The notes under the pieces are model-generated. The model saw nothing but the letters and a program-made list of their open reading frames with translations, searched no databases and was not told where the DNA came from. Positions 11,682 to 25,303 of a stretch of 64,000 bases of DNA are shown piece by piece. The translations under genes and the position numbers were made by a program. The first letter of the stretch is position 1. Each line of letters opens with the position of its first letter. Source of the stretch: Mobula hypostoma (taxonomy: Eukaryota); contig NC_086108.1 of the NCBI RefSeq assembly GCF_963921235.1, positions 92,320,001 to 92,384,000 on the forward strand. Reading direction: 5' to 3'.

Positions 11682-12265
11682 TTTGTCTTCCTGTACTGCA
11701 TTGTGTCTGTAACTGTGACACTCTATTCTGCACTCTGTCATTTGTCTACCTGCACTGCATTGTGTCTGTATCTGTGACACTCTATCCTGCACTCTGTCAT
11801 TTGTCTACCTGCACTGCATTGTGTCTGTATCTGTGACACTCTATCCTGCACTCTGTCATTTGTCTACCTGCACTGCATTGTGCCTGTAACTATGACACTC
11901 TATTCTGCACTCTGTCATTTGTCTACCTGCACTGCATTGTGTCTGTAACTGTGACACTCTATTCTGCACTCTGTCATTTGTCTACCTGCACTGCATTGTG
12001 TCTGTATCCGTGACACTCTATCCTGCACTCTGTCATTTGTCTACCTGCACTGCATTGTGCCTGTAACTATGACACTCTATTCTGCACTCTGTCATTTGTC
12101 TACCTGCACTGCATTGTGTCTGTATCTGTGACACTCTATCCTGCACTCTGTCATTTGTCTACCTGCACTGCATTGTGCCTGTAACTATGACACTCTATTC
12201 TGCACTCTGTCATTTGTCTACCCGCACTGCATTGTGTCTGTATCTGTGACTCTGCATTCTGCATT
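11682..12265 (+). repeat. 59-bp minisatellite, ~10 copies
   Basis: Unit TTTGTCTACCTGCACTGCATTGTGTCTGTAACTGTGACACTCTATTCTGCACTCTGTCA starting at 11682, 11741, 11800 ... 12213. Confidence 0.95.
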
Positions 12266-12289
12266 CTATTCTTGTTTTTCCCTTTGCAA

Positions 12290-12910
12290 CAAGGCTAAGG
12301 ACTTGATTGCGCACTTTAGGAGGATGGGAGAGCACATACAAGTCCTCGTGGAAGGATCAGCAGTGGAAAAGGTGACCAGCTTTAAGTTCCTGTTGTCAAT
12401 ATCTGAAGGAGGATCTATCCTGGTCCCAACACATTGATGCAGTCACAAAGAAGGCACACAAGGCATTACTTTGATAGAAGTTTGAGGAGATTTGGTATGT
12501 CACCAATGACTTGCAAATTTATATAGATGTACAATTGACATCAACTGATCTATCAGGGCACAAGCCTCCACACCATTGAGAACTTCTTCAAGAGGTGGTG
12601 CCTCAAAAAGGAGGCAGCAATCATTATCATTAAGGACCCTCTACAACAGGACGTGCCTCTTCACATCACTACCATGAGGGAGGAGGTACAGGAGACTGAA
12701 GAACCAGATTCAAAGTCTCAGAAACAGCTCATTCCCCTCCACCAGTGGATGTCTGAACAGTCCATAAACACTACCTTGTTACTCATTATTTTACACCAAA
12801 TTTATTAATATTGTAAGTTTTAGTAATTTAAGTCTTTGCTCTGTAATCTACCACAAAGCAACAAATCTCACATTGTGTAAGACGGTGATAATAAACATGA
12901 TTCTGATTCT
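12290..12910 (+). mobile_element. Decayed Rex1/Babar-type LINE 3' fragment
   Basis: VEGSAVEKVTSFKFL motif; AATAAA and (TTCTGA)n tail. Confidence 0.65.
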
Positions 12911-13029
12911 GCACTATCTTGATGGATGGAATCCATATTGGTGGTTTGGAATGATTTGGGTGACAAATAAAGCTAAGATTTTCACTGCATCTCAATACAT
13001 GTACCAATAAATGAGCATTAGGGAAGTAT

Positions 13030-13625
13030 CACACACATAAAATGCCGGAGGAACTCAGCAAGTCAGGCAGCATCTATGGAAAGGAACAGTTGATGGTTAG
13101 GGACAGAACCCTTCATCAGGACTGGAAAGGAAGGGGGAAGAAGCCATATGAAGGTGAGGAAAGGGGAAGGAGTACAAGCTGGAAGATGACAGGTGAAGCC
13201 AGGTGAGGGGGAAGGTAGGTGGGTTGGGGAGGGAGGATGAAGTGAGAAGCTGGGAGGTGACAAGTGGAAAAGGTAGAGGGCTGAAGAAGAAGGAATCTGT
13301 TAGGAGAGGAGAGAGCATCACAGGAGACAGGGAAGGAGGAGAGGGTGGTGATAGACAGGTGAAGAAAAGAGGGGAGCCAGAATGGGGAATGGAAAAGGAG
13401 AGAAGGGGGAGAAATTACTGAAAGTTGAAGAAATCAATTTTCATGCCATCAGGTTGGAGGCTATCCAAACAGAAAATGAGCTATTGCTCCTCCAACCTGA
13501 GAGTGGCCTTATCGTGGCGATAGAGGAGGCCATGGACCAACATGTCTGAATGGAAATGGGTAGTGGAATTAAAATTGTTGGCCACTGGAAAATCCTCCCT
13601 GTTGAGGATGGAGTGATGGTGCTTC
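13030..13625 (-). mobile_element. Penelope-like element 3' fragment
   Basis: Antisense GIY-YIG C-terminus (LRLEEQ..FCLDSLQPDGM), purine-rich UTR on + and terminus with decayed hammerhead. Confidence 0.8.
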
Positions 13626-13861
13626 ACTTCAGCACACAAAAAAATAGAACAAAGGACTCAAAATTTGGTACTTGCAGTCCATAACTCAAATCCATGATTA
13701 TTTAGAAACCAGAGTGGGCCATTAAGCCTTTGTAGCTATCCTACCATTCAACCAAATGATGTTTGATCTGTATTTTTGCCCTATTGGTTCTATTATTAGA
13801 TAAATAAAAAGTATTTCTTAAATAAAATGCTCCTTCGGGTTATCTCGCTGGGGGGAGGGGT

Positions 13862-14430
13862 GGTATAAGGCTTTATAAGACACCAGTCAGGCCACACTTG
13901 GATTATTGCCAACAGTTTTGGGCCTCATATCTCAGAAGGATGTGTTGTCATCAGAGAGAGTCTAAAGGAGGTTCATGAGGATGATTCTGAGAATGAAGGG
14001 GTTAACATATGAGGAGCATTTGGCAGCTTTGGGCCTGTACTCACTGGAATTTAGAAGAATGCAGGGGAATCTCATTGAATCCTACTGAATGTGGAAAGGA
14101 CTAGATGGGGTGGATGTAGAGAGGATATTTCCTATGGTCTATGGTGGGGGTGTGAAGAACTAGAGGACATAGCCTCATAACTGAGGGGGTATCTTTTAGA
14201 ACAGAGGTATCTAAGGAGGAATTTTTTTAGCCAGAGAGTAGTGAATCTATGGAATACTCTGCCACAGACTGAAGTGGAGGCCAAGTCCTTGGGTATATTT
14301 AACGCAAAGGATACGGTGAGAAGGTAGGTGTATGGGGTTGAGTGGGATCTGGGATCAGCCATGATGGAATGGTACAGCAAACTCAATGGGCTCAATGGCC
14401 TAATTCTGCTCCTATGTCTCATGGTCTTAG
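13862..14430 (+). mobile_element. CR1 LINE 3' fragment
   Basis: Same subfamily as 1196-1950. Confidence 0.85.
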
Positions 14431-14431
14431 A

Positions 14432-14965
14432 GTAGTAGGGTTAAGTTTCCACTCCTATTAAATGCCCCCAATGATGTGCGTCTCGAATAGCCTCTGACAA
14501 CGAGTCCAGCTTTGGCCTTCATATGTGCCTTAGCTACTAAGTCCAGCAAAACTGTTTCTACTGACAGGAGAAGGGGTAAAGGTGGGTTACTGATGCCTTA
14601 AATCTAGTCACTTTGGGTAGATGGGGTTCCTCAGCCGTGGTTGGCAGCTCATCTCGAAGAAGGTAAACTGTGATCTCAGACCTCTGCTGCCTTGTAGCTA
14701 TACTCACTCATGGAGAAGGCTTCAGGAGTAAACTCCAAAAAAAAATACAGTGCTGGAGTTTCTAAGGCAGTCCTAGGTTGAGTTTAACCCTGATTAGTAG
14801 TGTCACTGGTGCCAAACTGTATCAGTGTCTGCCATTCATTTGGATACATTGGCTGCGTGGAGAGGGGTGGCTGCTGCATAGGCAACAGCTTACACTCCAT
14901 ATCGTACTGCCTTGGCCTTTGTATTGTTTTGCGTATACATAGATAGCTAGGCTACAACATCCGAC
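14432..14965 (+). mobile_element. Probable RTE-related 5' region or non-autonomous repeat
   Basis: GGCAGCTCATCTCGAAGAAGGTAAACTGTGATCTCAGACC resembles RTE 5' UTR motifs; family assignment uncertain. Confidence 0.35.
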
Positions 14966-16518
14966 CAATGGAGATCCTCATGTAAATAAAAATTACCAAT
15001 TTTAAAAATATAATTTTTATTTTTATTCCCAGACATTTGAGGGAGAATGTTGCAGATTTCCACTTTGAGTGAAGAATTATGTTCTGACCACAACCCAAAG
15101 GGCCTATTTCTAATTTACTGATGACGTTCCCTCGTTCTGAACTTAACCCATCAGAAAGAAGAGCTTCTTTCCCTAAGGTAGACAGAGAGTAAAATTTCAG
15201 CTCCTATCTTTCACAACTGCCATTGCAAATGTAACTGTGGAGTAAATGGAGAATAGATTTTAAAGCAAACATCAATTGCATACAGATTGCAAAGGACATT
15301 GGTTATCAATGTAAGATTCTATACAGATTGAGAATAGCCGGCCAAATGGGATACTAATAGTTGAAAGGCAATCAGTTCCTGACCCTACACCGTAGACCTA
15401 ATTATTTTGTTGCTAGTCCACCAGCTTGGTTAAAGGCAGGAAATGATGTTGATAACAGTGTGGAGAGAGATGAAGGAATATTGTTGACAGTTCATAATAT
15501 AGAACTGAGGGGTTTTGGAAGTACTGCAATCCTCTACAAATCAGTCGATGTACAATATCACCATATTATTTTGCTTGCATTTCACAATTTGCATACAAAT
15601 GAATTATCCTGCGGGCATAACCGACTTTAGCTCTTGCAACAGAAATTATTAAATGCAGTTTTAAAAACTAATTATATGTAATGGTTTGCATTTATTGTGA
15701 CTGTCAAAAATATGAATTTGGATATTAAGTCCTAAGCACATGTTGTCCAAGACAATAAAAAATTAAATTAAAAATAATTTGCTGGAGATGTTTGACAATA
15801 CAGTATAGGCCTGATTTGTGAGAATTAAATCTTACCTTGAGGTCTAAAAGTAATATTCTAGCCTTATCTCAATGGCACTGCAATAGGATTACTTCAACAA
15901 TGATCCTTAAAGAAAAGAAGTACATTGTATGACCATGGGCATGTTCTAGTAATGATTTTGTTAAATCCCTTCTTGTCAAAGATTGCTACACAGTTATTGA
16001 ATTGAGATTTGTCCTCCTGATGTTTCACTCTCTCTGGCCTGCTGGATAGGAACATTTCATGCTGAAAAGAAGCCCAGCCTAAGCCGATACAAGCATACAG
16101 CGAAGATAACAAATTGTAAAAATCCCTTTCCAAGTACAAAGTGATCAAGTGGATTCATAATAAATCATCATTGCCTGAGAACAGGTATCTCCACAGTCCA
16201 ACCTCTTACCAAACCTGTTTTTCCCTCTTTGAATTCAAAACTTTCAAAATAGGGAAGGTGTAGCTAATTTTCTTTTTTAGAATATAATAATGTTTCACTA
16301 AGCTAATAAAATACTTCCAAATTTTTGAGCCTGCTTATTCCTTTCTCGAAGGTGCTGCAAACTGTGTCCATTGTCTCTGGATTGTGCCAGCCTTGGCTTG
16401 AACCCAAGCCATTCAATGTTGAGTTGTGTTGTCAAATTTATAAATATTACAGTTGTGACTATCGATAATGTCCATTGTTCAACACAAACCTAAAGTATAA
16501 AATATAGGAGGCAACCTA

Positions 16519-17085
16519 CACTTAGTGGCCACTTTATTAGATACCTCCGGTACCTAATAAAATTACAATAGAATGTACGCTCATGGTCTTCTGCTGCTGT
16601 AGCCTATCCACTTCAAGTTTCAATGTGTCGCACATTCAGAGATGCTCTTCTGCACGCCACTGTGCAATGGGTGGTTATCTGACCCACTGTCACCTTCCAT
16701 CAGCTTGAACTAGTCTGGCCATTCACCTCTAACCTCTCTCTTTAATAAGGTATTTTCACCCACAGAACTGCTGCTCATTGGATGTTTTTTGCTTTTCACA
16801 CTGTTCTCTGTAAACTCTAGAGACTGTCATGTGTGAAAATCCCAGGAGATCAGCTGCTTCTCAGATACTCAAACCGCCACATCTGGCACCAACAATCATC
16901 CCACGGTCAAAGTCATTTAGATCACATTTCTTCCCCATTCTGTTGATTGGTCTGAAAAACAACTGAACCACTTGACCATGCCTGAATCCTTTTATTCAAT
17001 GAGTTGCTGCTACATGATTAGCCGATCGGCTATTTACAATTACAAGCTGGTGTACAGGCGTACCTAATAAAGTGGTCACTGAGTC
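16519..17085. mobile_element. Tc1/mariner non-autonomous element (MITE)
   Basis: 26-bp TIRs CACTTAGTGGCCACTTTATTAGATAC and GTACCTAATAAAGTGGTCACTGAGTC (22/26 match), with TA on both sides. Confidence 0.85.
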
Positions 17086-20000
17086 TATATGGAGAATGAA
17101 GTTGATCCTTGATCTTTGATATGCCAGGTTAGCCTGACTTCTATCCCACCACCCCTGAAAGACGAAAGCTGGAAGAGTCCCCCAAAAGGCTGATGAGGCT
17201 ACCAATAGTTGAAAGTTTAATCATTGAGACTTACTGAATTTTGTTTTTTTGGATGGCATTGAGGGATATGGAATCAAGGCAAGTGAATGGACTAAAATTA
17301 TCAACCAGCCAATGATCTAATTGAATAGCTGAACAGACTAGAGGGACTGAATTCTTCTGCAGTTTCAGTAAATGGTGAAAATGGGCCACATATTGCAAAC
17401 AGGGGAGCTAAACATTCAGGAGCAGATGGCCAGAGACGTACTTCATTTTCTGTGTGAAGAAGAAAAGGTGCTTTGATGGATACTGTCGAAGGAAGTTTTA
17501 TAGTAATATGAAGTCACAAATTGTTGAATCAGGTGCCACAAATTATTTTAATGGGAAATTAAACAATGGTTCAAAAAGCAAAGGCATCATTTATCAGTGA
17601 AGCCTTTATTTAATGTCCTATCCAAAGATTGTCATCTCTGACATCACTACAGTTCTTGTATTATAACTGTGGTGTCTGCTAAGATTATATGAATTTTTAA
17701 TGTGGAAAATCCAGACTGAAGATTAATGGGATTTTTTCAGTTCTGGGGAAAGTTATATATATTTACTATGTTGTTGGAATGAAAATTAAATGTTATAATC
17801 CTCGTTGAGGCTTGTAATTTTCTGTTCATTCCCTCCAGTTCCTTGTTCATAGTTCAAGATTTAAAAATAAATCTTCTTACATATACATTATCCACAACTT
17901 TGAACACTTCAAAGACCTGAATCATATCATATCTCAAACAAGTCAAATTCTTTCAACTTCACCATAACATCCTCATTACTATTCCCTCATCTATCTACAA
18001 TCTTCAATGTCCTTTTGAAGGTAAGGTGCCCAAAACTGCAATCAGTATTTCAAATATGACCTAACTAATGAATTGTACAGCACTTAAATAATCCACTCTG
18101 GCCTAATTTTACATGTTTCATCATATTCACCAGTGCTTAATTAAGCTTCAAAGTCACCATTGCCAAAATGAGAAATGAAGATCTGATCAATTTCTTCAGC
18201 ACTGGTAATGAGTAAGTTTGTGTGCTTGATGGAATAAATAGGGCACAGCATCATTCAGATACTGGAAACTAACATGTCAGTAACATGTAGGGAGTTACAT
18301 CGAGACCATCGGAGTCCATCACAGGCAAAGCAGTCCCCACCTTTGAGCACATCTTCAAGGACTATCCATCGTCAAGGACTCCCACCATCCAGGCCAGGCT
18401 CTCTTCTCACTGCTGTCATTGGGAAGGAGGTACAGCAGCCTTAGGTCCCACATCTCCAGTTTTTACCCTTCAACCATCAGGCTCCTGAACCAGCATGGGT
18501 AATTTCACTCACATTGATTCCACAATCTATGGACTCACTTTCAAGGACTCTACAACTCATGTTCTCAGTTTTATTTATTTCATTTATATTTTGTGTTTGC
18601 AGAGTTTGTCTTCTTTTTCTACATTGGTCTTTATTTGTGTGTAGTTTTTAATTGATTCTATTGTATTTCTTTGTTCTAAAGGTTCAAGAGGTTCAAAGAT
18701 TCATTTTATTGTCAAAGTATGTATGTACAATACAACTCTGATATTCATCTTCTCCAGATAGCCATGAAATACAGAAAATAAACAACAGGAGCCATTGAAA
18801 GAAAAAGACATTAACACCCTCCCTACTCAAAAGGAAAAAAGAAACAAAACTCACAAACCTCAAACCCCCAAACCCCCAACCTCTTGTAAAAAAAAGTGAT
18901 AATAACATCAAACTCCCAATCCCCACCCTCACAAAATCCAGTGACAATAATGTCAAACCACCAACCCCCTCCCTTGCAAAAGAACAGTGACAATAGCATC
19001 AACCCACCATCCCCCCTCTCTTGCAAAAAAACTGTGACAAAACTGTGAATATCTACAGGAAAATGAATCTTAGGGTAGTGTACGATGACGTAGCAGGGCA
19101 TTACCAACAAACAGGTGATTGAAACAGTAAATGCTGGAGTCAGGCTACATCTGTGAAAAGAGGCACAGAGCTAAAATTTCAGGTCAAGATACCGTCATAA
19201 AAACTAATAATTACAGAGCCTGGAACACTCCATCTAGTTGAAGCAGGAATTCTTTCAAATTAGGGAACTATACCTGGTGCTCATGATGAGGGGTAACCAA
19301 CATAAATTGGGGACACATTGCATAAAACCATTCAATCTAAAAGAGCAATCTTCAGTTTCTATCTGCTCTAATGTCACTTCAATGCTCCATCCCACTCCCA
19401 TAATCACCTCTCTATCTTTGACCTCCAACCTAATGAAATCAAACACAGGCTAAAGGAACAACACCTTATCTCTATCATTCCTCTGGGATCAGCACTGATT
19501 TAAATAAATTTAGATAAGGTACCTTTCCAGTTGTGTCAGGACTAGCTAATTATGGTGTAAAAATTGGGTGTACATAAGGCTGATGTTGATAGGTTCTTGA
19601 TTAGAAAGGTGTCAAAGGTTAGAGAGAAAAGGCAGGAGAATGGGGTTGAGAGGGATAATAAGTCAGCTTGATGGAATGGTGGAGCAGACTCGATGGGCTG
19701 GATGGCCTCATTCTGCTCCTATGTCTTATGTCTTATTTTAGGGGTGTCTGATCGCTTGTCGAGTGTCCATGGGAATGGGAGCACAACTGCCATAACCTAT
19801 CAAGTCGATGACCTATCACGGGCCTTGCCTGTTTCTCTCTGTGTGGATGCAGTCTGACCAAGTGAAAGTTTCCCACCTTCTGTTTTGTTTCAGGTCTCCA
19901 ACATCAGCAGTTTTATTGTTCTTTAATCCCTGGCCCAGTTTGAAAGTAATTCTGTATTTCTTTATCCACAGGATTTTCCCAGAATTCTCCTTTATTTTAG

Positions 20001-23000
20001 ATTTCCAGTGCTTGCTGTGAACGCTATCTCATGCTTTCAATATACTTCTTTGCCTTTTGTTTCTCTCTTTATATTCCCACTATTTACACTGCAGCCAGGC
20101 AGATTGGTTTCCTTCAACCTCTGCCAATCAACCCCAAGTTTTGCTGTCGATTGTCCTTTATTTTATTTTTATCTTTTATTTAGAAATACAGTGCTGAATA
20201 GGCTCTTCCGGCCCAAGAAGTTGTACCACCCAGCAACCCATCTATTTCACCCTAGCCTAATCACAGGACAATTTACAATGACCAATTAACCTAACCGCTA
20301 CATCTTTGGACTGTGGGCGGAAACACATGTGGTGGTCACGGGAAAAACTTAAAAACTCCTTATAGACAGCACCAGAACTGGACTCTGAACTCTGACACCT
20401 TGAGCTGAAATCACACTACTACTATGATATCTCCACCCGTCATAGATATTTCCCATCCCGTTCTTTGCAATTTAAGATATGTTTGTTGTTCCACTAATTT
20501 TTTCCAGTTCAGATGAAAGGTCATCAATTTTGAAACAATAGCTCTTTATTTTTCTCCATAGATGCTACCTGAGTGGCTGAGTATTTTGAGTGATTCGAAA
20601 AAACAACAGATTCTGCAGCTGCTGGAAATCCAGAGGAACACACATATAATACTGGAGAAACTCAGCAGGTCAGGCAGCATCTACGGAGAGGCAATTTCTG
20701 TTTTCATTCATGATTAGGGAACAGTGTTTTATGGAACTGGAGGGTAAAGAAATATAAAACTAACACTGTCATTGCTCCAAAACTGCAGTGCAAAAGCAAA
20801 TTCCACCAAGCAGAATTGTTGCTCTTCATGTCATCTTTAAGCTTATTTTAGATTTAGAGAACTATTCACATATGTCCTTGAAAAGGTCAGTTCAGACTGG
20901 CACCATCAGATAAAGCGTTTAGTTGCTAATCTAACTAGGCTTGTTTTCTTGGAGAAAAACGAGACTTAATAAGGGACGTTGTAAGAATAGATAGTTGAAA
21001 ACTACTCACCACAGCAGAGATATCTAAAAATAGGTTTAGAGTAACAGGAGAACTGAGGAGAATTATTTTTTTCACCAAGAAGGTTCTGGAGTTTGGAATT
21101 CTCAGCCCAAATTTGTTGTAAAAGTCAGTTTTCTCACAACATTAAAGGGGTTCTAGACTAGCACTTAAATCACCAGTGCTGGTAAATGGAATTGATATAG
21201 ATGGATACTTGAAAGTCGCTATGGTTACGAATGGCTGAAGACCCTGTATGATTCTGTGCCTCAATGCCTCAATCCTCAATTGGTGATTGATACCAAAACA
21301 GTAAGACAGATTTTTAGATGAAAGGTAACCATTTCAAGAGTTAAATATGTATACTGTCTAGATAAAAATACTTAAACCTATTGAAGAGATAAATCAAAAC
21401 ATTTATCTACCCAAATAATTAATTTTATATATAAATAAAAATCTGAAAACTCTACCTTTTCTGAATTTTCTACGCTGTGGACTACCAGTAGAATATTAGT
21501 ATGTAGCAAGTCAGCAGGCATTTACTTTACTAAAAATAGCTCAAGTATGACTTGAATCAAATGGTGGGCATCACTACAGGAATGTGTTTCATTTTTTTTT
21601 CTCTTATAATTAAGACATTATGCTTCCCAGTGAATGAGGTAAGGATCTTTGGCCTAATATGCCATTTTTGACTCTAGGCATGGGACACATCAGACGTGGA
21701 AATCCTCTGTTACATCAGTACGATTAGAGATCGTGCCTTTTCACACACTATCAGACACTATCAATCAGATCCAGGCAATCACATCACTCGCACGTTTGCA
21801 CTTTCACACAATAGCAGCTGTGGTCACACTGTCATCGAGGAGAGGATAAATGTGAGCAATTAATCATTCCCCAGATAAAAATTACTTAGGCCAACTTTAG
21901 TAAGTAATATGATAATCAACCAATTAACAATCCTAAGAGTAGCATGAGTTACACAGCCTCACAGACAATGTCAAATCATCCATGAGTATCTCCTTAACAT
22001 GGTCACAAATTATGGATTCCAACCTCCAACTAAATATGAGCGATTCAAATGCAGCCTTCCAGGGAAAGATAAAAATTTAGGCAATATAAGCAAAAAGCAA
22101 TATGAGCAATTCATTCAGATAGCCAGCCAAGCCCTACAAATTATTATGTTTGTGTTACATACAAACTAGGTACAGCAGTAAGTCACTCAGCCCCATCACC
22201 TGCTACACAATTTAATAAGATCCTGGCTGATCAGATTGTAACCTCAAATCAGCACCAGTGACCTTTCACCTCAGGTTTTCATCTCTGCCTTAAAGATATA
22301 TGAAGATGCTGTTTCCACCTCCCTTTGCGAAAGCGAATTCTGAAGATTCACAACATTCAGAGAAAAAGTTTTGCATCGTCTGGGCAAATCAAATACTGCC
22401 ATGATGATTGTATGCTCTAGTATCAATTGTTATGTGACAATAAGGTTTAAAGTATAAAGTCCTTTAAGTAGTGGCCCCTGATTATAGATTCTCTCATAAG
22501 AGGACGTGTCCTCTTCATATCTTCCTTGTCAAAAATTCCTCAGGATCTTATATACTTCAGGTAAGTCCAGCTCACTCTTCTAAATGGCAGATAAAATTCT
22601 AAATAGATAAACTCTAAATAAAAGCCAAGTTTGTCCACAGTTTCCTTTTAAGACAATTTGTACAATCCAGGGTAACACACACAAAATGCTGGAGGATCTC
22701 AGCAGGTCAAACATCACCTTTGGAAAGGAATAAAGAGACAATGTTTCAGGCCAAGATCCTTCATCGGGACTGCTGAGTTCCTCCAGCATTTTGTGTGTGT
22801 TACTCTGGATTTCCAGCTTCTGCCGAATCTCTTGTGTGGATGACATACATCCAGATCTCAGTCTAGGAAACCTTCCGGAACATTTCAAAGCAATAACATG
22901 CTTCCTATACTGCATGCTGTACTCTAGATGTGGTCTCACTAATGCCCTATATAACTTAAATAGAAACTCACTAGATTTGTATTCACCTCCCCTTGCAATA

Positions 23001-23811
23001 AGCAAAGACATTTAATAGCTTTCTTAATTACATGCTGTAACTAAATAATAATGCTTATTGAATCAAGCACTGAGACCTGCAGATGCTGCTGTAACTGAGC
23101 TCTGCAATCTGTCACATAATAAGTTTTTTTGATTTTCCTGACAACATAGATAATTTCACATTTTGCAACATTATACTAATTGATGGACCTTTGCCCCTCA
23201 TTTAACAGATCCATATCCCTTTCTGGCCAGACACTGCCCAGAAGAAGGCAATGGCAAACCACTTCTGTTGAAAAATTTGCCAAGAACAATCATAGAGATA
23301 GGACCATGATCACCCACATCATACAACACGGCACACAATGATGATGTCATACGTCACAGCACATAATGATGACAGTGATCCTTTTCACAACTTATTTTCT
23401 GACCTACCTTTGTGTCATCACCAAATTTAGGAACAATACCTTCAGTCCCTTCATCCCACTCCTTCAGAGAAATTAGGAAAAATTCTAATCCCTGCAGTCT
23501 ACCACTCTAATTGGTAGCTAGTTCATTATTGTCACATGTACAATGTCTCGGCCTGAAGCATTCCTCTCCATAGATGCTGCCTGACCTGCTGAGTTCCAGC
23601 ATTTTGGTGTGGGTTGCTCTGGACTTCCAGCATCTACAGAGTCTCTTGTGTTTAATGTAATTCTGTTTTATTTTCATTTTGCCTTCACTTTGTTTCTCTT
23701 TTGCGGTTAACACAAAGTGGAGCCCATCAGAAAGCAGACATCAACTTTGGATTAGACTCTAAGCACATACACTTTATCATTGTAATAGCAAAAGGGAGAT
23801 TTTATATGACA

Positions 23812-24893
23812 TATAGACCAGAAGACCAGAAGATTTGGCCCATCAAGTCTGCTCCGCCATTCAATCATGGGCTGATCCGGTCACCCCCACTCCCCTGTCT
23901 TCTCCCCATACTATTTGATGCCCTGGCTAATCAAGAACCTAGCTATCTCTGCCTTAAATATACCCAATGACTTGGAATCCATAGCCGCTCATGGCAACAC
24001 AGATTTACCACCCTCTGACTAAAGTAATTTCTTCTCATCTCAGTACTAAATGGACATCCTTCAATTCTGAAGTCACGCCCTTTTGTCCTAGAATCCCCTA
24101 CCATGGGAAATAACTTTGCCATATCTAATCTGTTCAGGCCTTTTAACATTCGGGATATTTCTATGAGATCCCCCTCATTCTCCTGAACTCCGGGGAATAC
24201 AGCCCAAGAGCTGCCAGACGTTCCTCATATGGTAACCCTTTCATTCCTGGAATTATTCTCGTGAATCTTCTCTGAACCCTCTCCAATGTCAGTATATCCC
24301 TTATAAGGATATAAGTATATAAGGAGCCCAAAACTGCACACAATACTCCAAGTGTGGTCTCGCGAGTGCCTTATAGAGCCTCAACATCACATCCCTTCTC
24401 TTATATTCTAAACCTCTAGAAATGAATGCCAACATTGCATTTGCCTTCTTCACAACCAACTCATCCTGGAGGTTAACCTTTAGGGTATCTTGCACAAGGA
24501 CTCCCAAGTCCCTTTGCATCTATGCATTTTGAATTCTATCCCATCTATATAATAGTCTGCCTGTTTATTTCTTGCACTAAAGTGCATGATCATACACTTT
24601 CCAACATTGTATTTCATTTGCCACTTCTTTGCCTATTCCCCTAAACTATCTAATTCTCTCTGTAGGTTCTCTGTTTCCTCAACACTATCCGCTCCTTCAC
24701 CTATCTTTGTATCATTGGCAAACTTAGCCACAAATCCATTAATACTGTAGTCCAAATCATTCACATACATCGTAAAAAGCAGTGGTCCCAATACCAGCCC
24801 CTGTGGAACTCCACTGGTAACCGGCAGCCAGCCAGAATAGGATCCCTTTATTCCCACTCTCCATTTTCTGCCGACCAGCCAACTCTCCACCAT
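23812..24893 (-). mobile_element. CR1 LINE 3' fragment (RT C-terminus and UTR)
   Basis: GVPQGLVLGPLLF...KFANDTK and LYKALARPHLEYC; same subfamily as 31154-33620. Confidence 0.9.
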
Positions 24894-25014
24894 GATAGTA
24901 ACGATTAAAAATAACAGCATTATTATTGTTTTAATTTAATGGGATTTCTTACTTTAATTTATTTGAAATTTCCCTCAAATTATATTTATTGTTTGTATAC
25001 TGTACTTAAAGGTT

Positions 25015-25303
25015 TGGTGGCGGGGTGGAGATAAATCCCTACCAAAGGAGGTGTAAAGTGCTCCTTTCCTCCGCTAGCTTGCAGGTCACCCTTGGACAAG
25101 GTTTAGCATCTGCTTATACCCCCTCCCACCCCGAACAGGGTCAAGAGAAGTCATGGAAGCAGGTGGTGAGTGGTTGTATGAGCAGCTGGTGTAAATCACA
25201 AGGCCAGGTTATGCGACTACTGACACCAGGCAGATAATCTCTGAAGACTATTGATAATACTGGGGGTCACCTGTCTTGCAAGAGCACTGCCCAGAAGAAG
25301 GCA
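25015..25303 (+). mobile_element. SINE-like repeat (family of 4002-4360)
   Basis: Reverse-complement homology to 4090-4360. Confidence 0.55.

Noticed and set aside
11682..12265. CRISPR-like periodicity
   Set aside because: Head-to-tail units without unique spacers in eukaryotic DNA; a minisatellite.
15894..16148. 84-aa minus-strand ORF, considered as an exon of a neighbouring gene
   Set aside because: No similarity to any protein I recognise; length compatible with chance.
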